Below, piece by piece: positions 44,880 through 56,856 of a stretch of 64,000 nucleotides of DNA. Position 1 is the first letter of the stretch, and each line of letters begins with the position of its first letter. The translations under genes and the position numbers were made by a program. Source of the stretch: Acidimicrobiales bacterium (GTDB lineage: Bacteria > Actinomycetota > Acidimicrobiia > Acidimicrobiales > VFJN01). The stretch is taken from assembly GCA_036279475.1 (NCBI GenBank), contig DASUJB010000147.1, positions 1,070 through 65,069 on the forward strand. The letters run 5' to 3'. The notes under the pieces are model-generated. The model saw only the letters and a list, made by a program, of their open reading frames with translations, made no database searches and was not told where the DNA came from.

Positions 44880-44935
44880 CGCCGGGTCGACCTACCCGCC
44901 CTCGACGAGCCGACCTGCCGACCCTCGACGACCGG

Positions 44936-45964
44936 TCAGCCCTCCCCAGGTCGGGCGGTGGCCTCGTCGCCCGACGAGCCACCGGCACCCCCGCCGGCCC
45001 CCTCCTCCCCGGCGACGGACCCCTCGGCGGGGACCTCGCCGGCGCCGCCCGGTGGGCGGGCGGACGCCGCCACCCCGAGGGCCGCGGCCCCGTCGCCGGC
45101 ACCGGAACCGACGGAGACGCCCTCGACGCCCGACGGGGGGTCGGCGACGGCCGCCAGGCGCGGGCGCACCCGCCCCAGCACCCAGATGCCGGCTGGCACC
45201 ATCGCCAGGGACATCCACTGGGCCCCGGTCATGCCCGCCACCCGCTCGTCGTTGACGCGCAACGAGTCGGTGAGCCACCGGCCCACCCCGTAGACGAGCA
45301 CGAAGAGCCCCACGATCGTCCCGGGCGCCACCTCCCGCCCCCGCCGCCGCACGGTGACCACCAGGGCGCCCAGCACGAAGAACAGCAGCAGCAGGAAGAG
45401 CAGCTCGTAGAGGGCGGTCTGGTGGAATGTGGTGCCGGGCACCAGCGGCGTGCCACCCAAGGTGGGCTCGCGCACCTCGCCTCCGTCGTAACGCACCGCC
45501 AGGAAGGAGTCGGAGGTCCGCCCGAAGTGCTCGCCGACCGCGTAGCAGCCCACGCGCCCGATGGCGAGGCCGAGGGTGAGGCCCAGGGCGTAGCCGTCGA
45601 GCACCCGCCAGCGGAGCGCCTCACCCCAACGCCGGAAGAACGGCAGGCCCACCACCAGGGCGACGATGAACCCGCCCGAGAACTGGATGCCGCCCTCCCA
45701 GACGGCGATCACGTCGACCGGATCGTCGATCTGGTCGAGGTGGGTGACCACCCACGTGAGCCTGGACCCGACGAGGCCCGCCAGGACCATCCACGTCGCC
45801 ACCCGGTACGTCTCGTCGCGGCTCACCCCGAAGCGCTCGACGTAGGCCGCGGCCACCCAGGCGCCGAGGAGCACGCCCGCGGCGACCATGAGCCCGAACG
45901 TCCGCAGGTCCAGGGGCCCCAGGTCGATGGTGGGGAAGGTGGTGTAAGGGATGACGGCCGGCAC
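44936..45964 (-). CDS. lgt: prolipoprotein diacylglyceryl transferase with a low-complexity C-terminal tail
   Basis: 342 aa, GTG start at 45964. It is Lgt-like (IDLGPLDLRTFGLM, WEGGIQFSGG, GRVGCYAVGEHFG). Confidence 0.85.
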   Translation of the reverse strand: MPAVIPYTTFPTIDLGPLDLRTFGLMVAAGVLLGAWVAAAYVERFGVSRDETYRVATWMVLAGLVGSRLTWVVTHLDQIDDPVDVIAVWEGGIQFSGGFIVALVVGLPFFRRWGEALRWRVLDGYALGLTLGLAIGRVGCYAVGEHFGRTSDSFLAVRYDGGEVREPTLGGTPLVPGTTFHQTALYELLFLLLLFFVLGALVVTVRRRGREVAPGTIVGLFVLVYGVGRWLTDSLRVNDERVAGMTGAQWMSLAMVPAGIWVLGRVRPRLAAVADPPSGVEGVSVGSGAGDGAAALGVAASARPPGGAGEVPAEGSVAGEEGAGGGAGGSSGDEATARPGEG

Positions 45965-46006
45965 GCGCCCATGGTTGCCGACGACGGGACCGGGTGCGAG
46001 CCGCGG

Positions 46007-47416
46007 TCAGTCCTCGGACAGCGGCTCCACCCATCCGCCGTGGCGGGCCGCGAGCCGCTCGGCCGCGGCCGGGCCCCAGGTGCCACCCCGGTAGAGCTGC
46101 ACCGGCGGGAGGTCGCGGAGGACGGTGTCGACGATCCGCCACTGCTCCTCCACCCCGTCGGCCCGGCCGAACCGGCGGTGGTCGCCCTCCATCGCATCCT
46201 CGAGGAGCCGTTGGTAGGCCTCCTGCCGGTGGGGGAACAGCGACTCGTAGGACACCTCGAGGTCCACCGGCCGGCTCACGAGGTCGTCGCCCGGCGACTT
46301 CGTCTGCATGTGCAAGGTCACGCCGTCGTTCCGCCCCAGCCGGAACCGGAGGCGGTTGGGGTCGGGCTGAGCCGCCCGGGAGCGGGAGAACAGCAGCCGG
46401 GGCGGGGCGGCGAAGGTGACGACCGCCTCGGTGGCCGTCACGGGCAGGCGCTTGCCGGTGCGCACCAGCCACGGCACGCCCGCCCAGCGCCACGAGTCGA
46501 TCTCCAGCTCGAGGGCGACGTAGGTCTCGACGTCGCTGCCGCCGTCCACACCGGGCTCGTCGACGTAATCCCGGTACTGGCCCCGCACCACGTGGGCCGG
46601 GTCGAGGGCTCGCACCTGCCGCCACAGGCGCACCTTCTCGTCGCTGAGCGCGTCCTCGTCGGCCGAGACGGGTGGCTCCATCGCCAGCAGCGCCACCACC
46701 TGGAGCAGGTGGTTCTGGAACACGTCCCGGAGGGCGCCGACGGACTCGTAGAAGCGGCCCCGACCCTCCACGCCGAACGCCTCGGCCAGGGTGACCTGCA
46801 CGCTGGTCACGTAGTTGCGGTTCCACAACGGCTCGAGCATGGAGTTGGCGAACCGGAAGATCAGCAGGTCCTCGACCGACTCCTTGCCGAGGAAGTGGTC
46901 GATGCGGAACACCGCGTCCTCGGGGAACACCGCGTGCAGCACGGCGTTGAGCTCGGCCGCCGACACCCGGTCGCGGCCGAACGGCTTCTCCACCACGACC
47001 CGCGATCCAGGGCCCGCCAGGCCGGCAGCCGACAGGCCCTCCACGATCTCGTCGAACATGCCGGGGGGGATGGCCAGGTAGTACAGGGGTCGCTCCACCC
47101 CCCTCAGCCTCCGGGCCAGGGCCTCGAAGGTGGACGGCTCGCGGTAGTCACCGCTGACGTAGCTGAGCCGGCCGGCGAGCTCGTCCCACGGACCGGGCTC
47201 GAAGTCGTCGCCCACCCGCTCCACCACGGCCTCCCGAGCCCGCTGGCGGAGGTCGTCGTCGGTCAGCTCGGACGACGCCACGCCGATGACCGGCACCTCG
47301 CACCGGCCGTCGCGCTGCATCTCGTAGACGGCGGGGAAGATCTTCTTGCGCGCCAGGTCCCCGGTGGCGCCGAACAGGACCAGGGCGTCGCTCCGGCGAC
47401 CGGGCACGACCGCCAC
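46007..47416 (-). CDS. zwf: glucose-6-phosphate 1-dehydrogenase
   Basis: ORF 46007..47635 trimmed to the GTG at 47416, giving 469 aa. The start follows directly after the gnd stop. It has [12 protein letters not shown] and RIDHFLGKE. Confidence 0.9.
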   Translation of the reverse strand: MAVVPGRRSDALVLFGATGDLARKKIFPAVYEMQRDGRCEVPVIGVASSELTDDDLRQRAREAVVERVGDDFEPGPWDELAGRLSYVSGDYREPSTFEALARRLRGVERPLYYLAIPPGMFDEIVEGLSAAGLAGPGSRVVVEKPFGRDRVSAAELNAVLHAVFPEDAVFRIDHFLGKESVEDLLIFRFANSMLEPLWNRNYVTSVQVTLAEAFGVEGRGRFYESVGALRDVFQNHLLQVVALLAMEPPVSADEDALSDEKVRLWRQVRALDPAHVVRGQYRDYVDEPGVDGGSDVETYVALELEIDSWRWAGVPWLVRTGKRLPVTATEAVVTFAAPPRLLFSRSRAAQPDPNRLRFRLGRNDGVTLHMQTKSPGDDLVSRPVDLEVSYESLFPHRQEAYQRLLEDAMEGDHRRFGRADGVEEQWRIVDTVLRDLPPVQLYRGGTWGPAAAERLAARHGGWVEPLSED

Positions 47417-47418
47417 CC

Positions 47419-48344
<926 letters not shown>

Positions 48345-48348
<4 letters not shown>

Positions 48349-49898
48349 GTCGCCACCTCCGTCAGCTCGGCCAGCCGGACGCGCCCGGCCCGCCGCTTGC
48401 GCTCGCGCAGGGCGAGCAGGTCACCATCGGCCTGGGCCCGCTCGAGGGCGGCGAACCCGTAGGGACGGCCGGGGACGGGGACGTCCACGTCGCCGCCGTG
48501 GTCGGCCACCACCTGGACGAAGACGCCCATGCCCGGCCCTCCCTTGTGCAGCTGGCCCGTCGAGTGGAGGAACCGGGGGCCGAGGCCGAGCGTCGTGGCC
48601 ACCCGCAACCGGTCGCGCAGGGCGACGCGGGCCCGCTCGAGGGCGGGCACCTCCGGGCCGGCGGGATCGACGAAGGCCTGGATGGCCAGGTAGTCGCCGT
48701 CGCCCACCGTGGCCAGCAGGTCATCCAAGGGGGTGGGTGACACGTCGGGCGGCCCCTCCTCCAGCACTCGGGCGGTCGCCTGCTTGGCCGCGGCGACATC
48801 CGGCTGGTCGAAGGGCTGGATGCCGAGCAGGGCACCCGCCAGGGCGGTCGCCAGCTCCCACAAGATGACCTGGCCGCCGAGGTCGACGAAGCGGCCCCCG
48901 AACGGGAGCACGAGGACGGGGTGCCCGGCGGCGGCCAGCACGGTCAGCTCGGCGGGGGCCGTGTCGTCCCCCAGGGCCACGAAGAGACGGTCGTCACCGT
49001 AGGCGTCGGGACCCGCCACCGGCTCGCCCACGACCGGCACGATGCCGGTGCCGTCCTTGCCCGTCGACTCGGCGACCAGCTGCTCGAGCCACAGCCCGAA
49101 CGTGGCCTGGCCGGGCGGCGTGACGATCGTGAGCTTGTCCCGACCCCGGCGCACGCCCGCCGCCATCGTGGCTGCCAGCCGCGCCGCGGGGTTGACCGGC
49201 GCGGCGGCGTGGAGGTCGGCGGCCATGCCCTCGGCCGTCGCCAGGAGGCCGGCCACGTCGGCGCCGGCCAGGGCCGTGGGGACCAACCCGAAGTAGGAGA
49301 GGGCCGAGTAGCGGCCGCCGACGTCGGGCCGGTTCTCGAAGGTCGCCGCGAACCGCAGCTCGCGCGCCAGGGCGGCGAGCTCGCTCCCGGGGTCCGTGAT
49401 GACCGCGAAGCGCTCCGGATGGGGGTGGCGCCCCCACGCCCACGCCAGGTGGCTGCGGGTCTCCAGGGTGGTCCCCGACTTCGACGCGGCCACGTGGAGC
49501 GTGCGCTCGGGGACGAGGGTGGCGCCGAGCCGGTCGACGGCCACCGGGTCGGTGGTGTCGAGCACGTGGAGGAGGGGGGCCGAGGGGTCCGTGGCGCCGC
49601 TACGGGCCACCACCTCGGGGAAGAGGCTCGAGCCACCCATGCCGGCCAGCAGCACGTCATCGACGTCGCCTGCCAGGGCCTGGCACCGGGCGACGAGGGC
49701 CTCGGCGGTCGGCGCCAGCTCGGTGGCCAGCGACAGCCAGCCGAGGCGGTCGGCGATCTCCGTCGGGTCGTCGCGCCAGAGCGTGTGGTCGCGGGCCCAG
49801 GCGCGGGCCACGGCGTCGCGCGCCGCGAGGTCGGCCAGCGCCTCGGCCGCCGGCTCGGCGAGCGGTCCCAACCGGTCGGGGGTGTCGTCGCTGACCAC
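48345..49898 (-). CDS. pgi: glucose-6-phosphate isomerase
   Basis: 517 aa, with GMGGSSLFPEV, SKSGTTLET and VGGRYSALS. Confidence 0.75.
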
Positions 49899-49997
49899 CG
49901 CCTCTTGCTAGCAGCCCCGGGGGGCCGCCCGCGCCGCGGCGCCCGCGGTGGGCGGCGGCTGGGGGCGCCAGGGGCGTGGCAGTACCGTGGCCAGGCC

Positions 49998-51230
49998 ATG
50001 GGACCGCCCGTCCGCCTCCCCGTCGCCGGCGCCGATCCGGTCCCCGGCCGGGCCGCCCCGGGCGAGCGCCGCTGGAGCGCGGCGTGGCTGGTGGCGGCGA
50101 CCGCGGCGGTCACCCTGCCCATCCTGTGGCTGGGCTACGGGACGGACCTCGACATCGGAGCCGTCCTGGACACCGGTGCCCGCATCCGGTCGTTCGACTA
50201 CGCGCCGTCCCGCAACCCCGGGGTGCCGGTGGTGGAGGCCGTGGTGGCCGTGCTCGACCCCCTCGGCGGCCACGTCCTCGTCAACCTGGCCACGGCGGCC
50301 GCCCTGGCCGCCACCGTCGTGGCCGTCGCCCGCCTGGTCACGGGGTGGGGCCATCCTCACGGTGACCTCGTGGCCCTCTGCTTCCTGGCCTCCCCCATCG
50401 TGCTGATCTCGGGCACGCAGACGGCCGACTTCGTGTGGGCGACCGCCTTCCTGGCCTGGGCGGCGGTGGCCCTCCAGGCCCACCACCCGCTGGCGGCCGG
50501 TGTGCTGCTGGCGCTCACCGTGGGGAGCCGTAGCTCGTCGGCGCTGCTGGTGGTCGCCCTCCTCGTGGCCGTGGGGTGGGATCGGGACGAGCGGCGTGGT
50601 GCGGTCACGGCGGCGGTGGTGGCCGCACCGCTGACCGCGGCCCTGTACCTGCCGGCCTGGCTGGCCTTCGACCGGACCCTGGGCTTCCTCGACACCACCG
50701 ACGGGTGGGTGGGGCCGGCCAACAACCTGTCCCGGTTCCTCCTGAAGAACTACGCGGTGGCCGGCCCGGCGCTGCTCGCCCTGGTGGCGGTGGCCAGCCC
50801 GGCCCTCGTCCGCTCGCTGCGGGCCTGGAACCGGGACCCGCTGGTGCGCTTCGCGGTGCTGAGCCTGGTCCTCACCGAGGCCCTGTTCCTGCGCATGCCG
50901 TGGAAGCCGGCCCACCTCGTCCCCTCGTTGCTGGCGCTGGTCCTGTGGGTGGCGGCCAGCGAGCGCAACCGGCGACCGTTCCTCCGGCTCCTCGTGGGAG
51001 CGATGGTCCTCAACGGCCTGGTGGTGCTGCGGCCGTTCGTGGCCGAGTCGCCCGACGCCACGGAGGGGGGCGACCTCGAGCCGGCGGTGACGGCCGGGTG
51101 GCTCGTCAACGACATCCGCTGCCGCACCCGGTACATGGACGAGCCCCCGCGGCTGGACTCGGGGGCGTGGGCCTGCGCCCTGGAACCCATGCGGGGACCG
51201 GCCCGGGGAGCCACCGGCGAGCTGGGTTGA
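49998..51230 (+). CDS. polytopic membrane protein, possibly a GT-C-type glycosyltransferase
   Basis: ORF 48921..51230 trimmed to the ATG at 49998, giving 410 aa. It has about 9-10 hydrophobic helices. The functional assignment is weak. Confidence 0.4.
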   Translation: MGPPVRLPVAGADPVPGRAAPGERRWSAAWLVAATAAVTLPILWLGYGTDLDIGAVLDTGARIRSFDYAPSRNPGVPVVEAVVAVLDPLGGHVLVNLATAAALAATVVAVARLVTGWGHPHGDLVALCFLASPIVLISGTQTADFVWATAFLAWAAVALQAHHPLAAGVLLALTVGSRSSSALLVVALLVAVGWDRDERRGAVTAAVVAAPLTAALYLPAWLAFDRTLGFLDTTDGWVGPANNLSRFLLKNYAVAGPALLALVAVASPALVRSLRAWNRDPLVRFAVLSLVLTEALFLRMPWKPAHLVPSLLALVLWVAASERNRRPFLRLLVGAMVLNGLVVLRPFVAESPDATEGGDLEPAVTAGWLVNDIRCRTRYMDEPPRLDSGAWACALEPMRGPARGATGELG

Positions 51231-51250
51231 CGGCGGCACCGGCCGCCGGC

Positions 51251-52540
51251 TCAGGGCCCGGCGAGGGCGTCGACCGCGGCTGTGGCCACCGCGGCCAGGA
51301 CGTCGTCGCCGTGGGCCAACCCCGGGAAGAGCACCTCGTAGGCGCCGGGCGGGAGGGCGACGCCTCGTGCCAGCAGGGCGTGGAAGAGTCGGGCGTAGGC
51401 GGCCTCGTCGGTGGCCCGGGCACCGTCGTAGTCCGTCGGCGGCGGGTCGCCCAGGTACAGGCCGACGAGCGTCGACACCACCGGCACGTGCCCGGCGATC
51501 CCCGCGGTCCCGAGGGCGCCCAGGAGGGCGGTGGCCAGCCCCTGGGCTCGGGCCCGCAGGGCCCCGTAGGCCTCGTCGTCGAGCAGCTCGAGCACCGCCA
51601 GGCCGGCCGCGGTGGCCAGCGGGTTCCCCGAGAGGGTGCCGGCCTGGTAGACGGGCCCGAGGGGGGCGACGACCCCCATCACGTCGGCGCGGCCGCCGTA
51701 GGCGCCGACGTTGAGGCCCCCGCCGATCACCTTGCCCAGGGTCGTGAGGTCGGGGGTCACCCCGAGGAGCTCCTGCGCGCCGCCCCGTGCCAGGCGGAAC
51801 CCGGTGATGACCTCGTCGAACACCAGCAGGGCGCCCACCCGGTCGCACTCGGCCCGCAGGCCCTCGAGGAAGCCCGGCGCCGGCGCCACCAGGCCCATGT
51901 TGGCGGCGACGGGCTCGACGATGACGCACGCCGTCCGCTCGTCCAGGACGGGCACCACGTTGTACGGGACGACCACCGTGTCCTGCACGGCGGCTGCGGT
52001 GACGCCCGCCGACCCCGGGAGCCCCAGGGCGGCCAGGCCGCTGCCGGCCTGGGCCAGCAGCAGGTCGCCATGGCCGTGGTAGTTGCCGGCGAACTTCACC
52101 ACCTTCGGACGTCCGGTGAACCCCCGCGCCACCCGGACGGCGGACATCGTCGCCTCGGTGCCGCTGGACACGAGCCGCACCATCTCGCAGGAGGGGACGC
52201 GGTCGCAGATCTGCTCGGCCAGCAGCACCTCCCGCTCGGTGGGAGCGCCGTAGCTGGTGCCGTCGACCGCGGCCCGCCGCACCGCCTCGACGACGGCCGG
52301 GTGGGCGTGACCGGCGATGATGGCCCCGTAGGACTGCACGAGGTCGATGTAGCGATGCCCCTCGACGTCCCACACGTACGGTCCCTCGGCCCGGGCCACG
52401 AAGTAGGGCGTCCCCCCGACGGCGCCGAAGGCCCGCACGGGGCTGTTCACCCCCCCGGGGATCACGCGCCGGGCACGGGCGAACAGGTCGTCGTTGGCAG
52501 GCACGGGGCGCGAGCCTACGGGCGTCCCCGTGGCCGCCAC
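51251..52540 (-). CDS. hemL: glutamate-1-semialdehyde 2,1-aminomutase
   Basis: ORF 51251..52636 trimmed to the GTG at 52540, giving 429 aa. It has IPGGVNSPVRAF and the lysine segment TTLGKVIGGG. Confidence 0.9.
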   Translation of the reverse strand: MAATGTPVGSRPVPANDDLFARARRVIPGGVNSPVRAFGAVGGTPYFVARAEGPYVWDVEGHRYIDLVQSYGAIIAGHAHPAVVEAVRRAAVDGTSYGAPTEREVLLAEQICDRVPSCEMVRLVSSGTEATMSAVRVARGFTGRPKVVKFAGNYHGHGDLLLAQAGSGLAALGLPGSAGVTAAAVQDTVVVPYNVVPVLDERTACVIVEPVAANMGLVAPAPGFLEGLRAECDRVGALLVFDEVITGFRLARGGAQELLGVTPDLTTLGKVIGGGLNVGAYGGRADVMGVVAPLGPVYQAGTLSGNPLATAAGLAVLELLDDEAYGALRARAQGLATALLGALGTAGIAGHVPVVSTLVGLYLGDPPPTDYDGARATDEAAYARLFHALLARGVALPPGAYEVLFPGLAHGDDVLAAVATAAVDALAGP

Positions 52541-52580
52541 GACCCGCCCGTGGGGGGACGGCCCCTCGCCCCGGGCCCGC

Positions 52581-53561
52581 TCAGCGGAGGCGCTCGGCGA
52601 CGTCGCGTGCCGCGTAGGTGAGGACCATGTCGGCACCGGCCCGACGGATGGCCGTCAGGTGCTCGAGCATGACGGCAGGACCGTCGATCCACCCCTTCTC
52701 CGCCGCCGCCTTCACCATGGCGTACTCCCCCGACACGTGGTACGCGGCGAGGGGCACGTCCACCTCGGCCCGTACCCGGGCCAGGACGTCGAGGTAGGCC
52801 AGGGCCGGCTTGACCATCACCATGTCGGCGCCCTCGTCCAGGTCGGCACGGATCTCCTCGAGCGCCTCCCGGGCGTTGCGGGGATCCTGCTGGTAGCCCC
52901 TGCGGTCGCCCCCTCCGGCGATGGTGACGTCGACCGCCTCGCGGAAGGGGCCGTACAGGGCCGAGGCGTACTTGGCCCCGTAGGCCAGGACGGCCACCTC
53001 GGTGAACCCGTCCTCGTCGAGGGCGGCACGGATGGCGGCCACCTGGCCGTCCATCATGCCGCTGGGGGCCACGACGTCGGCGCCCGCCGCCGCCTGGGCC
53101 TGCGCCACCCGGGCGTAGAGGGGCAGGGTGGCGTCGTTGTCGACCCGGCCCCTTCCGTCGAGGACCCCGCAGTGGCCGTGGTCCGTGTACTCGTCGAGGC
53201 ACAGGTCCGCCATGAGCACGAGGTCGTCCCCCACGTCGGACCGCAGGTCGCGGAGCGCCACCTGCACGATGCCCTCGGGATCCCAGGCGCCCGATCCCTC
53301 CGCGTCCCTGGCCGCCGGCACGCCGAAGAGGATGACGGCGGGCACGCCCAGCTGGCCCAGCTCGTGGACCTCCTTGCGGAGCGACTCCCGGGTGTGCTGG
53401 ACGACCCCGGGGAGGGCGGTGACCTCCCGGGGTTGGTCGATGCCGTCGCGCACGAAGAGGGGGACCACCAGGTCGTCGAGCGAGAGGTGGGTCTCCGCCA
53501 CCAGGCGGCGCAGGGAGGGCGTGCGGCGCAGGCGCCGCAGCCGGCGCTGGGGGAAGCTCAC
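52581..53561 (-). CDS. hemB: porphobilinogen synthase (delta-aminolevulinate dehydratase)
   Basis: 326 aa, with RRLRRTPSLRRLVAET, MVKPALAYLD and YHVSGEYAM. Confidence 0.95.
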   Translation of the reverse strand: MSFPQRRLRRLRRTPSLRRLVAETHLSLDDLVVPLFVRDGIDQPREVTALPGVVQHTRESLRKEVHELGQLGVPAVILFGVPAARDAEGSGAWDPEGIVQVALRDLRSDVGDDLVLMADLCLDEYTDHGHCGVLDGRGRVDNDATLPLYARVAQAQAAAGADVVAPSGMMDGQVAAIRAALDEDGFTEVAVLAYGAKYASALYGPFREAVDVTIAGGGDRRGYQQDPRNAREALEEIRADLDEGADMVMVKPALAYLDVLARVRAEVDVPLAAYHVSGEYAMVKAAAEKGWIDGPAVMLEHLTAIRRAGADMVLTYAARDVAERLR

Positions 53562-53639
53562 GCACCGATGGTAGTGAGCGCCGGCCGGGCCTCACCTCCC
53601 GAGGCACCCCGACCGGTGCTCCCGGCCATCCCGCCCGCC

Positions 53640-54335
53640 TCAGCTCGGGGTGACCAGCGCAGCCAGCGCTCCGAGGTCGAGGTCGGCCAACGAGCCCACG
53701 GTCCGGTGGGCAGCCCCGAAGTCCAACGTCCGGGTCATCGGAACGGGCACGGCGACCACCACCATCCCCGCGGCCCGGCCGGCGGCCACGCCGTTGGGCG
53801 AGTCCTCGAGCACCACGCAGCGGGCGGGATCGACGGCCAGGGCATCGGCGGCGACGAGGTAGAGGTCGGGAGCCGGCTTGGTGCGGGTGGCATCGCCGTC
53901 GACGTCGTCGCGGGTCACGACAGCCCGGAAGCGGTGGCGCAACCCCAGGCGGTCGAGGTGGGGGACGACCCAGCCCGACGCCGAGGAGGACACGACGGCA
54001 CAGGGCACCCCGGCCCGGCCGGCACCCTCCAGGAGGTCCACCAGGCCCTCGCGGGGCGCGAGCTCCCGGATCCGGGGCAGCCGCCGCTCCTCTCGCCGGG
54101 CCACGAGGGAGGCCCGGTCCACCGGCCGGCCCAGCTGGGCGGCCAGCCGCTCGGTCCAGTGGGGGTGGTCGGCGGTCCCGAGGAGCGTGTGCCACCAGGC
54201 GAGGTCGACGGGTTGGCTGTGGGCGGCGAAGACCTCCACCACCGCCTCGTACGTGCAGGTCTCCGTGTCGAGGATGAGGCCGTCGAAGTCCAGCAGGAGG
54301 GCGGCGGGCGGCGTCACCGCGGCACGACCGCTCAC
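53640..54335 (-). CDS. HAD-superfamily hydrolase embedded in the haem operon
   Basis: ORF 53640..55259 trimmed to the GTG at 54335, giving 231 aa. It overlaps the cobA/hemD stop as GTGA. It has LLDFDGLILDTE and a later VLEDSPNGVAAG. Confidence 0.7.
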   Translation of the reverse strand: MSGRAAVTPPAALLLDFDGLILDTETCTYEAVVEVFAAHSQPVDLAWWHTLLGTADHPHWTERLAAQLGRPVDRASLVARREERRLPRIRELAPREGLVDLLEGAGRAGVPCAVVSSSASGWVVPHLDRLGLRHRFRAVVTRDDVDGDATRTKPAPDLYLVAADALAVDPARCVVLEDSPNGVAAGRAAGMVVVAVPVPMTRTLDFGAAHRTVGSLADLDLGALAALVTPS

Positions 54336-55852
54336 GGGCCCGCCTCGACGGGCGACGGCTGGGGACGGGGGTGGCATGCCGCCCAGGCGCAGAGGGCGTC
54401 GACCAGCCCATCGATGGTGTGGACCTCGGCCTCCACGTCGACGTGCAGGCCGTGGGACCGGGCGGTGGCGGCGGTCACGGGCCCGATGGCCGCCACGACC
54501 GGCGGCGTGCGACCGGTTCCCACGGAGGCGAGGAAGTTGGTCACGGTGGACGACGACGCGAACGTGACGACGTCGGCGTGGGCCACCGCCTCGGCCTGGG
54601 CCGGCTCGGGGGGGACGGGCACCGTCCTGTACGCCTCGACCACGTCGACGGCCCACCCCTTGGCGGCCAGGCCGTCGGGCAGGACGTCGCGGGCCGCGGC
54701 CGCCCGGGCCAGGAGCACCCGTCCTCCCTCGGGCGGCGCCGCGGGGAAGGCGGCCACGAGCGACTCCGCCACGTAGCGCTCCGGGACGAGGTCGGCCACG
54801 AGGTAGCCGGCGGCCAGGGCGTCGGCGGTGCCCGGGCCGATGGTCGCCAGGCGGGTCCCCCCGAAGGCCCGGGCATCGTGACCGGCGCGCCTCACCGCGT
54901 CGAGCAGCCTGCCGGCACCGTTGGGGGAGGTCACCACCACCCAGTCGTAGCCCCCCGCCGCCAGGCGGGCGACGGCCGCCGCCAGCCCGGCACCGCCGTC
55001 GGCGGGGTCGACGATCTCGATGGCCGGTACCTCCACCGTGGCCGCGCCCCGGGCGGCCAGCCTCTCGACGAGGGCGCTGGCCTGCGCCCGGGCCCTCGTG
55101 ACCACCACCCGCCACCCGAACAGGGGCCGGTCCTCGAACCACGCCAGGTTGGCGGCCGCCACGTCGCCCACGACGATCGTCGACGGCGTGCCCAGGGCGA
55201 GGTCGGCCACCGTGCCGAGGGTGGCTCGCACCGTGCGCTGCTCGGGGCGGGTGGCCCACTGCACGGCGGCCACCGGCGTGTCGGGGGACCGTCCCCCGGC
55301 GACGAGCGCGGCGGCGATGCGCCCGATGCGGGCCACCCCCATGAGGATCACGATCGTGCCGCCGACCCGGGCCACCGCCTCCCAGTCGACCGTGCCACCG
55401 TCGCCGACCCCCGGCTCCTCGTGGCCGGTGACGATGGTGACGCTGGTCGACGAGTGCCGGAGGGTCACGGGGATGCCGGCGTAGGCGGGCGCGGCGATCG
55501 CCGACGTGATGCCGGGCACGACCTCGAACCGCACCCCCGCGGCCGCCAGGGCCGCGGCCTCCTCGCCGCCCCGGGCGAACACGAAGGGGTCGCCACCCTT
55601 CAGGCGCACGACCGTGGCACCGGTCCGCCCGCGCTCGACCAGCAGTGCGTTGATGTCGTCCTGGCCCAGCCGCACGTGGCCGGGAGCCTTGCCGACGTCG
55701 ATGCGCTCGGCGCCCGGAGGGGCGAGGTCGAGCAGCGAGGCCTGCGACAACCGGTCGTACACCACGACGTCGGCCCGGCGCAGCACCTCCTGGGCCCGCA
55801 CGGTGAGCAGCCCCGGGTCCCCGGGCCCCGCCCCGACCAGGTGGACCGTCAT
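54332..55852 (-). CDS. cobA/hemD: bifunctional uroporphyrinogen-III C-methyltransferase / uroporphyrinogen-III synthase
   Basis: ORF 54332..56008 trimmed to the ATG at 55852, giving 506 aa. The N-terminal half is SUMT-like (VGAGPGDPGLLT, LKGGDPFVF) and the C-terminal half HemD-like. Confidence 0.85.
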   Translation of the reverse strand: MTVHLVGAGPGDPGLLTVRAQEVLRRADVVVYDRLSQASLLDLAPPGAERIDVGKAPGHVRLGQDDINALLVERGRTGATVVRLKGGDPFVFARGGEEAAALAAAGVRFEVVPGITSAIAAPAYAGIPVTLRHSSTSVTIVTGHEEPGVGDGGTVDWEAVARVGGTIVILMGVARIGRIAAALVAGGRSPDTPVAAVQWATRPEQRTVRATLGTVADLALGTPSTIVVGDVAAANLAWFEDRPLFGWRVVVTRARAQASALVERLAARGAATVEVPAIEIVDPADGGAGLAAAVARLAAGGYDWVVVTSPNGAGRLLDAVRRAGHDARAFGGTRLATIGPGTADALAAGYLVADLVPERYVAESLVAAFPAAPPEGGRVLLARAAAARDVLPDGLAAKGWAVDVVEAYRTVPVPPEPAQAEAVAHADVVTFASSSTVTNFLASVGTGRTPPVVAAIGPVTAATARSHGLHVDVEAEVHTIDGLVDALCAWAACHPRPQPSPVEAGP

Positions 55853-55916
55853 CGCGGCGTGGGACCCGCCGCTCCGGCCACGGACGGGCCTCGGGGCCGC
55901 CGTCGGCCGGCGCCGG

Positions 55917-56825
55917 TCACGTCCGCCCCAGCAGCCGGGCGCCGCCCTGGACCTCGAGGAGGTGCCGGGCCACGTCGGCCCCGATCGCCGGCCCGTCGGC
56001 GACGTCACCGGTCGCCGCGTGGCGGACGAGCGCGGCGCCGTCGGGCGTGGCCACCAGGCCCTCCACCGTCACCGCGCCACCGGCCAGCGTGGCGTGGGCA
56101 GCCGCCGGCAGCGCGCAGTCGCCGCCCAGCGCCGCCAGGAAGCCCCGCTCGGCGTCGACCGCCAGCCGTGACGGCCGGTGCTCGATGCCGGCCAGGGCAG
56201 CCCGGGCGGCCCCGTCGTCGACCCGGCACTCGACGGCCAGGGCCCCCTGGCCCACCTGGGGCAGCACCGTCTCGACGGGCAGGCGCTCGGCGATGCGCCC
56301 GGCCCAGCCGAGGCGGTCGAGGGCGGCGGCCGCCACCACGACGGCCGCCACCCCGTGCCGCCCGGCGCGGTCGACGCGCCGTGCCATGTTCCCCCGCACG
56401 CTCTCGAAGCGAAGGTCGGGACGGGCCCGGGCGAGCTGGGCCCGGCGCCGCAGGGAGCCGGTGGCCACCACCCCGCCCACGGGGAGCTCGGCGAGGCGAG
56501 CGCCGACGAGCGCATCGCGGACGTCGGCGCGCTGGGGCACGGTCGCCAGCACCAGGCCCCCGGGCGTGGCCGAGGGGAGGTCCTTGGCCGAGTGCACGGC
56601 GAGGTCGGCCCGGCCGTCCAGCACGGCGAGCTGGACCTCCTTCACGAACACGCCCTTGCCCCCCAGCTCCCAGATGGGCACGTCCAGCCGGCTGTCCCCG
56701 CCCGTCTCCACCAGGACGATCTCCGTCCGGAGGCCGGGATCGACGGCGTGCAGGAGGGCGGCGACGTGGTCGGCCTGCCACCGGGCCAGCGCCGAGCCCC
56801 GGGTGGCGATGCGAAGGCGGCTCAT
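55917..56825 (-). CDS. hemC: hydroxymethylbilane synthase (porphobilinogen deaminase)
   Basis: ORF 55917..57032 trimmed to the ATG at 56825, giving 302 aa. It has RIATRGSALARWQA, HSAKDLP and RGNMARR. Confidence 0.9.
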   Translation of the reverse strand: MSRLRIATRGSALARWQADHVAALLHAVDPGLRTEIVLVETGGDSRLDVPIWELGGKGVFVKEVQLAVLDGRADLAVHSAKDLPSATPGGLVLATVPQRADVRDALVGARLAELPVGGVVATGSLRRRAQLARARPDLRFESVRGNMARRVDRAGRHGVAAVVVAAAALDRLGWAGRIAERLPVETVLPQVGQGALAVECRVDDGAARAALAGIEHRPSRLAVDAERGFLAALGGDCALPAAAHATLAGGAVTVEGLVATPDGAALVRHAATGDVADGPAIGADVARHLLEVQGGARLLGRT

Positions 56826-56856
56826 GGAGGCCTCGATGACGCCCCGGGACGGGACC

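Noticed and set aside
44899-44931. Direct repeat CCCTCGACGA x2 between the convergent geranylgeranyl reductase and lgt genes
   Set aside because: It is a short, G+C-rich 10-mer that could easily recur by chance in this composition. No associated structure or gene start is nearby.
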